From: Hemiscyllium ocellatum
Lineage: Eukaryota
DNA: 64,000 nucleotides
NCBI RefSeq assembly: GCF_020745735.1
Contig: NC_083435.1
Span: 45,198,498-45,262,497 of the forward strand
Direction of reading: 5' to 3'
The notes beneath the pieces were generated by a model, which had not been told where the DNA came from, searched no databases, and worked only from the letters and a program-made list of their open reading frames with translations. The translations under genes and the position numbers were made by a program. Shown here in pieces: positions 1 through 11,934 of this stretch; position 1 is the stretch's first letter, and every line of letters begins with the position of its first letter.

Positions 1-240
1 CAGACATTCTGAGTTTGTACAGGGCATTTCTGCAGGACATACCTGAGCAATTCTTGGGTGGATGCCAGTGTTATCACTTGGTCCGGGTTATGACTAGTTC
101 CAGAGCTTGACTCTTCAAAATTCCAGCTGAGATACAACTCTTGCTGTGGTCTGTGACATTTATTGATATTATGTGGAGTGAATCAAATTAACTGAAAATT
201 GAAGTAAAATTATAATAATGTATATGTTAGAAAGCTGAAG

Positions 241-422
241 TGAAAACAGAAAATACTGGAGAAACTCAGCAGGTGTACTGCATCTGGTAGAGAAAAACAG
301 TTAATATTTCAAGTCCGATATGATTCCTCTTCTGAACCAGTCCAGACTCAAAACATTCACTGTATTTCTCTCTCCATTGATGCTAGCAGAATTGCTGAGT
401 TTCTCCAGCATTTTCTATTTTT
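241..422. mobile_element. Inverted pair of Penelope-like terminal (pLTR) fragments, MITE-like foldback
   Basis: Left arm gaaaacagaaaatactggagaaactcagcag is the reverse complement of right arm tgctgagtttctccagcattttctattttt. Same family at 24075-24180 and at the PLE 3' end 44850-44950. Confidence 0.75.
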
Positions 423-639
423 AATTTTATGACTGAGCACAGACCTCTCTGAACTCCCTGAGCTGGTGAATTCTCAACAGATTTTAACAAAGTAAATGTC
501 CCAAAAATGGATATCACAGGAAAGAATCCTATTCTCTTCTGGAAACTAGAAAACTCATCACCATTCATATCTGTTCTTTTCTCGAACAAACACACACCCA
601 ATGTACACACGAAGCTGGAATATGCGTCTAATGGTGTGT

Positions 640-970
640 TATTGTATGTGACACTCAGGTCCCTGTAGAGAGCATTGCATTATCAGTGGTTATCTTTTAG
701 GTGACTCTTTAAACCAACGCCCTATCTGCTCTCTTCTATGGAGTAACACAGTCCCATATCACATTTTCAAGTTGCCCCTGATGTTCTGGACTGCACTTTT
801 GCCTCAGCCAACACCACAGAAAGACAGATTGTCAGGTACTGTCACAATGATGTTTGTGGAAACTGTGTGCATGTTCAGTACAATTATGACTGACCTTCAA
901 AAGTAGCTCATTGTCTGTTGAGGACTGCAGACATATGGTTGTTGTCAAAGGCGCTATCAAAGTACAAGTC
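640..970 (+). mobile_element. Degenerate Deu-domain SINE (SacSINE1/AmnSINE-like) remnant
   Basis: Motifs such as cagatt..caggt..tgtcaca.tg.tgtttgtgg, cttcaaaagta.ctcattg and aaaggcgctat..aa.t.caagtc resemble my recollection of the Deu-SINE core and tail. Not aligned. Confidence 0.5.
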
Positions 971-1799
971 AATTTTCAACTTAACAGGATTGTAGTAACT
1001 TTCTATTCCTGAACAGAAACAGAGTACTTGGTCTAATACAGCATTGTTCGTAATATGGTCAGAGTAACAAAAATCTATTGATACAAGTGAGCAGTATAAG
1101 TAAAAGGATTTGTTTTAAATCTCTCAAAAAGTTTATAAAATTCATTTCATTGTCCCTCAGTCCTGTTAGCACACTACTTAGGAGAACATGAACCAGGCAA
1201 TGATCAGTGAGAATTCCCTGGCCTGGTGAATTCTCAACTGATTGTGGTGTTGTCGTCACTCTTGTTTGATGTGAGTGAATCCTACTTCTTGTTCTAAGTC
1301 CCAATACCACTGAACATTCTGTACACAATGTAACTCAGTTTGTGTAAACACTCTGGATACAAACATAACGGGTTGTCCTCACTGCCTGGGGGTTACTCCA
1401 AGTCCTGTTTCACTGACATCACACTGCAGGGTGACTCCATTGTTACATCATAATCCCTCAGCACTGGTGATGTCATCACTAGTTGTTTGATGGGAGTGAA
1501 AGCTGCTTCTTGTTCTGTGTCCCAGTCCCATTGAACACCCTGCAGTGAGCTCATTACAAACATTAAAACTGAAGTGATCCTCAGCAGGTACCTTTTTTTT
1601 GGTGATGTTTGATGATCTGCTTAAAGGTTAAGTAACGTTCTTGAAATGACAGGACTGATCGTGGGAGAGGTTAGAGACAGACCCTGCTGAGACCGATACA
1701 ACTTTGGAATGACAGCTCCCCTCTGTGAACAATGGAGGGTAAACAACACAGACAGCTCTCAGTACAATGGAAACAGGTCCAAAATCTGTGTGGCGAAAT

Positions 1800-2122
1800 T
1801 GTTATCTGATGAGAAAGAAGGAGGTGAAACAATCCTGACACACATCACACTGGAAGGGTTTGGTGTACCATGTGGATTCACTGATGTTCCAAGAGGTCCA
1901 ATATTCCAGGTGGTCTGACAACTTTGTAAAGGCTTTATTACAAAACTCACTCCTAAAGGCTTTCTCCCTTGTGAGTGTGTTGATGGAGCAGGAGGTACAC
2001 CAACTGTACAAAGGCAATCACAAAATTCTATCTGACGAATTTGACCCATGTGAATCATATGTATTCCCAGATGGTTGAAGAGATAATGAAAGGTTAATCA
2101 CAGCTTCAGACTTGAAGTGTTA
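1800..2122 (-). pseudogene. Decayed zinc-finger repeats downstream of the ZNF1 stop (3' UTR)
   Basis: The stop TAG TAA replaces the E-K of a TGEKP linker. Downstream remnants read REKAFRSEFCNKAF and TKPFQCDVC. Confidence 0.75.
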
Positions 2123-3028
2123 CTACCCTGTGTGGATCTTCTGATGGAGCAGAAGGTTCCAGGACCTCGAAAACGATTTATCACACACTTCACATGTGAA
2201 TGGTTTCTCCCCTGTGTGAGTGCGTTGGTGTCTGCGGAGAGTTGATGAATTTGAGAATGATTTTATACACACATCACAAGTGAATGGTTTCTCGCCTGTG
2301 TGGACACGTTGATGTGTGTGTAAGCTTGAAGACTGCGAGAACGATTTGTGACAGACCTTGCAGGTAAATAGTTTATCCCCTGTATGAGTGCTGTGATGCA
2401 GCAGGAGTCTTGATGAACTGGGGAATGATTTGTCACATACCTCGCACCGATATGGTTTCTCCCCAGTATGGATGCTTTGATGCCTACGGAGGTTTGATGA
2501 GTCCGAAAATGATTTATCACAGACTTCACATGTGAATGGCTTGTCCCCTGTGTGAATCCTCTGATGGAGCAGGAGTCTTGATGAATTGGAGAATGATTTG
2601 CAACACACCTCGCACTTAAACAACTTCTCCCCTGTGTGAATATGTTGGTGTCTGCGAAGAGTTCCTGAGTGTGTGAATGACTTATCACACACCTCACACT
2701 GAAATGGTTTTTCTGCTTTGTGAATGCGTTGGTGTTTGCGGAGGTTTGACGATGACGAGAATGATTTGTTACATACTTCGCACATGAATGGTTTCACCCC
2801 TGTATGAATACGCTGGTGTATGTGGAGTTCTGATGATGAGGAGATAGATTTTTCACACATCTCACACGTGAATGCCTTTTTCCCTGTGCAAATGTGCTGA
2901 TAATTCACCAGGTCTGATTGCCCTCCAAAATCCTGGTTAAATATCTCGCCTTTGAATGGCTTCTCCCCGGTGTACATGTGTTGGTCATCCATCAGCATCA
3001 ATGCCTTTGACAAAGCTTTGTTGCACAT
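2123..3028 (-). CDS. Tandem C2H2 zinc-finger protein (ZNF copy 1): 9 intact fingers plus 2 degenerate N-terminal fingers
   Basis: ORF 2123-3139 has nine CxxC-x12-HxxxH fingers with TGEKPF-type linkers. First ATG at 3028 (the ORF track starts at a GTG). No KRAB/SCAN domain seen. Confidence 0.92.
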   Translation of the reverse strand: MCNKALSKALMLMDDQHMYTGEKPFKGEIFNQDFGGQSDLVNYQHICTGKKAFTCEMCEKSISSSSELHIHQRIHTGVKPFMCEVCNKSFSSSSNLRKHQRIHKAEKPFQCEVCDKSFTHSGTLRRHQHIHTGEKLFKCEVCCKSFSNSSRLLLHQRIHTGDKPFTCEVCDKSFSDSSNLRRHQSIHTGEKPYRCEVCDKSFPSSSRLLLHHSTHTGDKLFTCKVCHKSFSQSSSLHTHQRVHTGEKPFTCDVCIKSFSNSSTLRRHQRTHTGEKPFTCEVCDKSFSRSWNLLLHQKIHTG

Positions 3029-4560
3029 CTCAGTTGAAACTTTCCATTCTAGGAAACTGTGCTTGTGTAAAAAGAATTGCAACACATGTACATTTTGTGG
3101 AAGAGATCTCACCAGTTTGTCAGCCCTCCTCACACACACCTCATATTTGAACAGCCTGTCACCTCTACGAATGAGTCAGTACTTCATACAACTCAATGAA
3201 TGATCAAAGCTCTCACCACGCTTGAAGGTGCTCACACTTCTTCCGAGGCTCACCCTGACCATTCACTCACACCCAAACCTTCAGAAAGTCTGGTTCTGAC
3301 AGAAGGCCACTGACCAGTTTCAGATACGCTGATATGTTAAAGTTCCCCTGACCCTGATTGATTTCCTGTGTTAAACAATGTGAAGATGTCTCCGAATCAA
3401 CAACTGTTGTGCAGTTGTCCCTTGGGTGATGGTCGGAATCGATCTGTGGTGGTCTCTCCTCTCTGTATTTTGTGGTGTAGTACGGTGCAATCCTTCTGTA
3501 AAACAGAAAATGAAACGTTATTTCCCCCAACTCCCTCTCCTGCTTTACTGAAAGGGCTGACTCCTCAGTTAGAGACTGTTGCACAGTGAGTGACAGACTG
3601 CTGTTCCCTGTGTGGGGGAATCAAATACAAGTCCTTTCATTTTCCTCATTTGATTTTCACACGCTGTGTTTCTAGCAAGAACACTGGATAGTGACCAGGG
3701 CCAGTCGTGTGGCTACTTTTTTTCCTCTGCCCAGACACCATGAGGGTACCATGGAAAGACATTGGCTGAAGTATAAAATGTGTTATCAATTCACTGAGCT
3801 TATGTTATCCTCGCAAAAACCAGTTTTAGAATATGTTTCTGTTAAAAGACATTCAAAGGAAATGTTAATAGAATGAAGATTTTTGAAAGTTCTCCCTATA
3901 TTTCTCAAAATTAGTTGAAGAAACCGTGTACAGTAAGTGCTAAAAACTGAGGAAAATGTTGATTCAGTACAGCTGAATGAAGGGTCCTGGATTATCCTGA
4001 GAAATTAGGTACACTGCACTCACTCAGACTGCACATCTCAAATTCATCTCTCAGCCATAGCTATGGTCAAAGCCATCAATTCGAAGTGCAGGCTTTTTGG
4101 AAAGGCTGAGGCCTTCAGATAGAATCTTCAAGGAAGGCATTAAAAAGAATTTCAGTAAACATGACTCCAGGTTTAGCAGCTGAGATGCTATGGTGTTGGC
4201 TTAACCATTCAAAGATTGTATGTTCAAATCTAACTATGGAAAGTTTCAGATTTAAACTGCATTCAGAAGCAGGCCATTCAGTCCCGTTGGTCCATGTCAG
4301 TGTTTACCTTACACTCGAGCATCCTCTCACCCTCTTCATCTCAGCCTACCAGCAGATCCTTCTGTTCCTTTCTCCCTCATGTGCTTCTCCAGTTTCCTCT
4401 TAAGGCGATCTCTGCTGCTCATCTCAACCACTCCTTGCTATAAAGGGGAACTTAAGTATGGCTATTAGTTGAATTGCATCAGTATAAATGTGAAAACTTC
4501 AAATTGTCCCAAACACCCAAACATTATCCTTCAGGGAAGTGTACCTGCTACAACTGTCTG

Positions 4561-4730
4561 AGCTGAAAATGTGTTGCTGGAAAAGTGCAGCAGGTCAAGC
4601 AGCATCCAAAGAGCAGGATAATCAACGTTTCGGGCATGAGCCCTTCTTCAGGAATGAGAAAAGTGTGTCCGGCAGGCTAAGATAAAAGGTAGGGAGGAGG
4701 GATTTGGGGGAGGGGCATTGGAAATGCGAT
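4561..4730 (-). mobile_element. Penelope-like terminal repeat fragment carrying a hammerhead motif
   Basis: Minus strand reads cattc-CTGAAGA-a-GGGC-tcat-GCCC-GAAA-cgtt-gatt, followed by the recurrent gatgctgc..gacctgctg..cttttccagca tail. Confidence 0.75.
4619..4656 (-). ncRNA. Minimal type-I hammerhead ribozyme motif
   Basis: CUGANGA and GAAA cores, 4-bp stem II, palindromic ACGU stem III, GUU triplet. Confidence 0.6.
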
Positions 4731-4742
4731 ATTATCGCATTT

Positions 4743-5079
4743 GGGCAGCACGGTGGCACAGTGGTTAGCACTGCTGCCTCACAGCGCCAGAGACCTGGGT
4801 TCAATTCCCGCCTTGAGACAGCTGTCTGTGTGGAGTTTGCACATTCTCCCCGTGTCTGCGCGGGTTTCCTCCAGGTGCTCTGGTTTCCTCCCACAGTCAC
4901 AAAAATGTGCAGGTTAGGTGAATTGGCTATGCTAAATTGCCCGTAGTGTTAGGTGAAGGGGTAAATGTAGGGGAATCGGTCTGGGTGGGTAGCTCTTCGG
5001 AGGGTCGGTGTGGACTTGTTGGGCTGAAGGGCCTGTTTCCACACTGTAAGTAATCTAAGTAATCTAATCTAATCTAATC
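4743..5079 (+). mobile_element. tRNA-derived V-SINE (HE1-like), well preserved
   Basis: A box ggtggcacagtggttagc, B box gggttcaattccc, core tgtgtggagtttgcacattctccccgtgtctgcg, (taatc)n tail. Confidence 0.9.
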
Positions 5080-5916
5080 AAAACTGTGATTCTGTTCCTA
5101 AGACTATTAGAAATTTAGAGTTGATTTATTTTACAATTGATTTCATTGGTTGGGGAGTCCAGGACAAATTAGAGGCAGACCTTTCAGAAGTGAAATGAAG
5201 AAACATAAGGGGTGGGAGAACAGTGGACTCACTCCCACAAACTAAATCAACGGGAAATTAATTGTTCGCATTCAATCTAAGACAAAGGTTTGCGAAACAT
5301 CAAAGAAAAGCCAGGAATACGAAGTTCAATCACAGATACATCATGATCTCACTGAGTTACGGAATATACTTTGAGGTATAAATACCTGCCTCTATATACT
5401 GCCACTACAAAAGTCCCTTAGTACTGCAATTTGAATGGGGAAAGAGTCCCTTGGGCTGTGTAAATTGCTGTATCCAGGATGATAACCAATTTCCAATACT
5501 CACTTACAAAATTGACTACACTGTATTACCAGTCTTCGCGATAATAACTCGCTCCCAACACACACACACATACACACAACTCAACATTAGTAAATCAGTA
5601 ACAATTCTAAGACACTCTGCATCTCTCTCCCAGATAATTGCTCCCCAACTTCTCATATTCAGGAATGAGGCATCAACAAAACGCAGTCTGGAAATCAGAG
5701 GTGAGTACTTCCATTAAACACACACAATATCCAACACACAGCTCCAGTCAATCAGTTCAGCACAAAACACCGAGTAAACAGTTCTCTCAGCTGGATCTTC
5801 TCACACAGCATAAGGGACATTTCCACCCCTGACTTCCCACAGGATAGTCAGACTGCCTGAAGATTGGTGTGGATATTATGGGATACAATTTGTATAAAAG
5901 CTGCTCCTTCACTCAC

Positions 5917-6050
5917 CATCTCCTCACTTGGTTTTCAGTCCCTATAGGAAGTGAACCAGCTCTGGAAGAGGAAGAGGAGACAATGGGCAGAGTGGGTGGG
6001 CTCTCTGATTGACGTCTCTCACAGTCAATCCAAATATTTCTGGAGTAACA
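5917..6050 (-). promoter_or_regulatory. First exon and proximal promoter of ZNF copy 1
   Basis: ETS-like GGAAGTG (5947-5953), GGGTGGG box, CRE-like TGACGT (6010-6015) inside a GATTGAC-N10-GTCAATC dyad. Identical in copy 2. Confidence 0.6.
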
Positions 6051-6660
6051 TGAATCTCCCGAAACTTGGGAAATTGACCGGGGAAATGGAGGTGACTTTG
6101 AGCAGCAGATCAGGTCGGAATTTAAACTTGTCGTTGTCCCATCTGAATAAACCCTCACTTATTGCAGCTGCTCTCTCAATAACTGACAGATTTTCTACTG
6201 TGGGAATAGCATGCTTCATCTTCAGAGGCTTTTAAACTGACATCACCGTAGTGTGTGCATCCTCTGTTGTGCTTGACAGTAGACCAGAAGATGAGGACCA
6301 ACAGCATCCAAGGCAGCGATAATATGCAATGGTGGGATCAGCAAATATACATCAGTGAGGGGCAAAGGAGACGGAGGCGCTAGGTGTGACTGAGTATACA
6401 TGTCCGTGCAGTCACTCTGGGATATGACTGTGTCCAAGCAATTAGAATGATCCGTCACTGCGCAGCAAAACTTTCTGCTATCTTTTCGACCCTTGTCCGA
6501 TGAAACACCCTTTCCAATGACATCTCGCTTGCCCCTCCATCAACTTGACAAATACCCCTCCCTCACGATTTGGAGATGACATTTTGGGTAACGGAGGCTG
6601 GAGATGGGTCACCTATTTACATGGAATGAAGGGTCGAGGTTTGCTATTATGAGACAAAAG

Positions 6661-6985
6661 ACAGCACGGTGGTTCAGTGATTAGCATTGCCACCTCAAAG
6701 CGCCAGGTCCCCAGATTTGATTCCACCCTCGGGCGACTTCGTGTGGAGTTTGCACCTACTCCCTGTATCTGTGAGGGTTTTCTCCGCGTGTTCCTATTTC
6801 CTCCCATTGTCCAAAGATGTGTTGGTTAGATGGATTGGCCATGCTAAATTGCCTTAAGTTTCTAGGTGTGCAGTCATGGGAAATACAGGGTTACAGGAAT
6901 AAGGAAAAGGCTGAAGCTGGGTGGGATGTTCTTCAGAGGGTCAGTGTGGACTTGATGGGCCAAGTGGCCTCTACAAAGGGGACTT
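6661..6985 (+). mobile_element. V-SINE (HE1-like)
   Basis: Same head and core as the 4743 copy, more diverged. Confidence 0.85.
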
Positions 6986-7294
6986 TACAAAGTGAAAACT
7001 GAAGATTTAATGGAACGAGGAACAATATCTGAAGAAAGACAGGAATAATATTAGCTAACACTAACTCAGGTCACTTACAATTTCATACTATCATCAAGAC
7101 TCACCTGCCTCAGATATTGAGATGCTCCCATTTTATCAACCTCTGTGTCACTGGATTCTCCATTTGGCAGCAACACCAGGGTAAACACAGGGAAAGAATC
7201 TTCTAGACAGAGTACATCTACTGCTGGGAGAGCACACTGCAGTGCAGTCTCATTGAGGAACACCAGAGATTTTTTGAAATGATACTGTATCATA

Positions 7295-7630
7295 AAATCA
7301 TAGAATCCCTACAGGAATAAGGCTATTTGGCTCACGGAGGCCACATCAACCCTCTGAAGATTAACCCACCCAGACCAATTCCCCTACCCTATTACTCTCG
7401 ATTTACCCGACTAATGCACCTAACCTACACAGTCCTGAACACTATGGACAATTTAGCCAGGCTACTTCACCTAATGTGCACATCTTTGGATTGTGAGAGG
7501 AAACCAGAGCACCTGGAGGAAACCCACGCAGACACAGGGAATCTGTACACTCCACACAGTCATCTGAAGCTGGAATCAAACCCAGATCCCTGGTGCTGTG
7601 AGGCAGCAGTACTATCCAATGAGCCAATGT
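7295..7630 (-). mobile_element. V-SINE (HE1-like)
   Basis: Reverse complement of the SINE core (ggagga aacccacgcagacac..gctgtgaggcagcagt). Confidence 0.85.
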
Positions 7631-8157
7631 ATTTGAACCAGTTGGATTTAGGATTATTGGGCTTGTTTGATGTGGAGATCCACTATCAATACGTTGTCTG
7701 CAGGAAGTTCCTCATTCTTTTTCTCCATCAGTTTCAGTTTTCCTGACCTCAGGGTCTTTACAATCTTTCATAACTTCAGGAACCCAAACACTAAGACAAC
7801 ACTGCAGCTCAAACTAGTTCACACTTTAAATCAAATCAAACTTTCAGAATGCCCATTTCCAGAGAGAAAAGCATTCTGTATACAGCCTTGGGACTAAATC
7901 ATTTCAAAACTGAACCTATTGAACAGAAATATTATCTCATGCTGTCAGCTGTGTCTTAGCTCTCATTGTCACCCCTGAGTCAGAAGGTTGTGGATTTAAG
8001 TCTCACTCCAAAGACCTGAGCACTGAAGGTTACCTACTCCTGTTTATGGGAGCACATGATTTATGAAATTAGCTATTTACAACCTTTAACTTCTTGGCTG
8101 TCAAGTCACAACTTAGGAGATAAATGCTCCCTGTGAACTTGAAGTTATAAATGCATT

Positions 8158-8935
8158 TTAGAGTCATACAGCACAGAAACGGACCCTTTGGTCCAACACA
8201 TCCACCCAGCTGGACAACCCAATCTGACCTAGTCGCATTTACCAGCATTTGGCCTATATCCCTCGAAACCCTTCCTATTCATATATGCATCCAAGTGCCT
8301 TTTAAATGTTGTAATTGCAGCCACCTCCAACACTTCCCCTGGCTGATTATTACTTACACACATCGCCCTCTGTGTGAAAAGGTTGCCTCAGGTCCTTTTT
8401 AAATCTTTTTCCTCACATTTTAAACCTATGCCCTCCAGCTTTGGACCCCTCACCCTAGGAAAAGGGTCATAGCTATTCACAGTGCCCCTCGTGATTTTAT
8501 AAATGCCAATCGGGTCAACCCTCAGCTTCTGATGCTCAAGGAAGAAAAAACCCCAGCCTATTTAGTCTCTCTCTGTAACTCAAACCCTCCAGTCCCGGCA
8601 AAATTCTTGTAAATCTTTTCTTCACCCTCTCAAATTTAACAACATCTTTCCTACAGAAGGGCGATTAGAATTGTACGCAATATTCTAAAAGTGGCCTTAC
8701 CAATGTTCTGTACAGCCACAACATGACATCCCAACTCCTGCACTCCATATTCTGATCAAAGAAAGCAAGTGCCTTCTTCATCACCCTGTCTACCTGCGAC
8801 TCCACTTTCAACGAATTATGAACCCACACCCCAAAATGTCTTTGGCAACAATCTCCAGAGTCCTCCCATTAACTGCATAAGTCCTGCCCTGATTTGCCTT
8901 ACCAAACTGCAACACCTCACATTTATCTGTATTAA
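8158..8935 (-). mobile_element. CR1/HER1-like LINE 3' fragment
   Basis: Reverse-strand CR1 ORF2 C-terminal and 3' UTR sequence repeated many times in the window. Confidence 0.75.
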
Positions 8936-9015
8936 AGTTAAAAAATTACACGGTATAGTCCAACAGGTTTATTTGAAGGCACTAGCTTTCGAAGTGCTGC
9001 TTCTTCATTAGATGC
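8930..9015 (-). mobile_element. Short PLE-end repeat with degenerate hammerhead (GAAAGCTA family)
   Basis: Minus strand ctaatga-a-gaagcagcacttc-gaaa-gcta-gtg..aataaacctgttggactata. Same family at 39685-39781 and 58790-58892. Confidence 0.6.
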
Positions 9016-9559
9016 TGAGTGTCTCAGTGAAGAGGAACACACCATGCTTAGAAATTAGATGGCTTGGCTTAAGCTAAACAGTGAATTCATTGTGTTATAA
9101 ATCTGTACAGAAGATTCATTGAGCAGACAAACGTAATATTCTACCTCCAAACTCTAAACCAATCAAAATAAGAAAACGTTTGAAAGTGATTCATGATCTT
9201 TCCCAGAACATGAAATGAATCTTGGCAGAGTTTAACGTGAACATATCACATCTTTAAGACATCAAGGAATGAAGGTTTGAGGGAACTCCGGTCTGAAGAG
9301 ACTCCCTCCCACTCCCTCCCCATACTCAGGACAGTAGTCCTCCCAGACATCAGTTTACAAACATTTCCCCATGGTATTAGTCAAACACCCGTCACCTGAA
9401 GAGGATATAACTATAGTTCACATCAAAGCAGGTGATTCCACCTCTTACCAGCTCCTGAGAGCTGGCTCATTTTACAAATGTATAGCCCACCATATGAAAA
9501 TTGGAGCCGGGCTACTCAGGAATGTGTTTTGGAAATATCAGGAAGGAAGGTAGTGCAGG

Positions 9560-11330
9560 AGCCCTGAATGTATCTCACTCTCCAACCAGTATTGAGCTGT
9601 GAATGATGAAAACAATGGGTGATCTGAGGACTTCTTGGCACTATAACTTACTCTGCTGTACAAGGAGGTACACCAAAAACAAAGCAATAGTGATTGAAGA
9701 ATTGAAGCTCTGGAAACCGACAACGGAAATTGCTACAATTGGAGCTGCAACTCCAGGATGTCATGTTACGTCTCTGGTGCCAGGATCAAGGATGTCACTG
9801 AACGAATTCAAGTGTCACTCAGTATTTTTAGGAGACAGTGATCATTAAATCATAAGGTTTAAATATGGCGCTGGACAAGACTATGAACAATTCAGAATAA
9901 GAACAGCTAATTGAACGAACCCCAACTACAATGAGATAAGTTGACCTGAGAAGTTGGAATCAAACATTGTCAGGCAAAACAGTAAATGAACTATGGGCTA
10001 CCTTTAAAAAGGAGTTTATTTGGCTGGAATGAGAATTGGGGAGGCTTGGCCATAATTTTCCTGTTTTCCTGAGAACTGGGAGTGGAGCACGAGACCAAGA
10101 AAATTGTGCATATTACACCCTCATTCAAATAAGGGTGCAAAGATAAACACAGCAAATACTAGTCAGGTCAGTTAATTTAACATTATTGATGGGAAAGCTT
10201 CCAGAAAGAATAATTGAGGACAAAATTAAATTACTTGGGCCAATGTGGACTAATTAACAAGATGCAAAACAGCTAAGTAAAGGGTTGATCTGATTCATAT
10301 GGGCTTCTAAAAATTGAACATGTGCTGTACAACAGATTTGTTACATAAGTTACAAATTATGGAATCAAAGGGAAAGTAACTTCATGGATACAAAATGGAC
10401 TGAGTGACTAGAAACAGTGAGGAATGATGAATGGATGTTTCTGAGGCTAGAGGGAGGTTGAGAATGAAATTCTCCAGGAATCAGTATTGTGTTAAAGCTC
10501 TTCCTGAGTTATAATGATCCTGCTGTACGGGACAGAACAACATTTGAACAGTGCCAAAGTTTAAAGTATTGTGAGCTTTGCAGAGGTTAGTGTAAAATAT
10601 CAAAAGGAGATAGGTTTGTGAAATCGGCACAGAGGTGGGAGAAGAAATTTAACACCGAGAAATCAGAAGACATTTATTAGAAGAATGTAGAACAACAATC
10701 TAAAATAAATGTACAGTTCCAAAAAGATGCAAAATCAGACAGACCTTGGTGTGCCTGGACAAAATAACTGAAGCTGGCAGGGCAGTTTGACAGATCACTT
10801 AATAAAGCAACTGGCACCATTTGCAACCAGGGTTTATCAACAGGGACACAGAGTACAAAAGCAAGATAGTTATCCTAAACCTGGATAAAACACTGGCTTA
10901 GCCTCAAGTGAACTTGCTGTGTCCTATTCTTGGCATCATATTTTAGAAAGGATGAAGACATAAGTGATAGTGGAATAAAAATTCACAAGAATTGCTCGAG
11001 GATTCACAGATCTCAGTTACAGCGCAAGATTGGTGAAGAGAGGACTGTTCTCATTGGAAAGGTTAAGAGTGCATTTGAGAGAGGATTTTTAGGTCCTGAG
11101 GCACTTCACAGAAAGGATCATGAATCAGAGGACACAAGTTTAAAATGATTGGCAAAAGGACACTCATGATATGAGGAAAACCATTTCATACAGTGACTGG
11201 CTAGGATCTGGAATGGTCCATCTGAGAGTGTGGAGGAGGCAGGGTCAATAGAGGCATTCAAGAGAGAATTGATTATCTACGAAGGATGAATGTATAAGGA
11301 GAAGGTGGTGAAGGGGGTATGAGGCACGAA
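9560..11330 (+). mobile_element. Old, internally deleted CR1-type LINE (ORF1 esterase remnant plus ORF2)
   Basis: PGSRIKDVTER-like ORF1 motif near 9780, then degraded RT motifs (PSFK.GCK.K..KY..VS) and a CR1-type 3' end. Confidence 0.65.
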
Positions 11331-11934
11331 GTGTTGACAGTGCATACAACAGATGCTGTTTGGGTGGCAAGGGATCCTTAGAATTCCCTCCCTAAGTTTC
11401 TTTGCATCATCTTCTCTCTCTGCTATTTGGACCCTATTGAATCCACTTCTTTAGCCATATTTTTGGTAAATCCTTTCTAATCTCTCCTCTGTCTCATTCA
11501 TGTTTTTTCTGATTATGTTTCTATGCAATACCTCAGAATGCTTCACTATATTAAGACACTGTGTGATTGCAAGCTGTTGTCTCCTCACATTGCCTGCAAA
11601 CCTCAAGGTACTAACCTGGAGGACAGACTGCGGACATTGACTGGTCTCTACTGCTCTCTTTGACTGCCCAAACAGCATGTGAACAGCCCATCAGTGAATG
11701 TTGTGAGACACTGAAAACTGTTACAGCTGAAATATATCCTGGCATCCCGCTGACTTTGCACTGGGTTCACTGATGAGGAAGGGGACTGTTGTCTGATGCT
11801 CCCCTTCCATAGACCAGAGACTGAGGCTAATTGAAGTACCTCCATTTCTAACCCTTCCCTGAAAGCTTGTGCTGGTCAATCAGAAACTGAAACCTTTCTA
11901 ACCACTGAGTATCCATTTTGGTGAAAATTTATAG

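Larger units (their letters stand above)
3496..5916 (-). other. Predicted intron 1 of ZNF copy 1
   Basis: Donor ATG|GTGAGT at 5916, acceptor ttttctgttttacag| at 3496. Both sites are conserved in copy 2. Confidence 0.75.

Noticed and set aside
2263-2697. Alternative-frame and antisense ORFs over the zinc-finger arrays (also 15816-16133, 15869-16081)
   Set aside because: By-products of the repetitive 84-nt finger coding sequence.
3267-3584. ORFs upstream of the fingers as a possible KRAB/SCAN-like effector exon (also 16458-16796)
   Set aside because: They cross the splice acceptor, are in different frames in the two copies and end in stops before the fingers.
4743-4815. tRNA-like A/B boxes
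   Set aside because: They are SINE heads followed by the SINE core and tail, not tRNA genes.
6025-6219. Small ORFs apparently conserved between the two promoter regions (6025-6219/17734-17922, 5913-6158/17622-17867, 5951-6235/17660-17899)
   Set aside because: All frames are conserved simply because the DNA is near-identical; start codons differ or are non-ATG, and no domain is recognisable.
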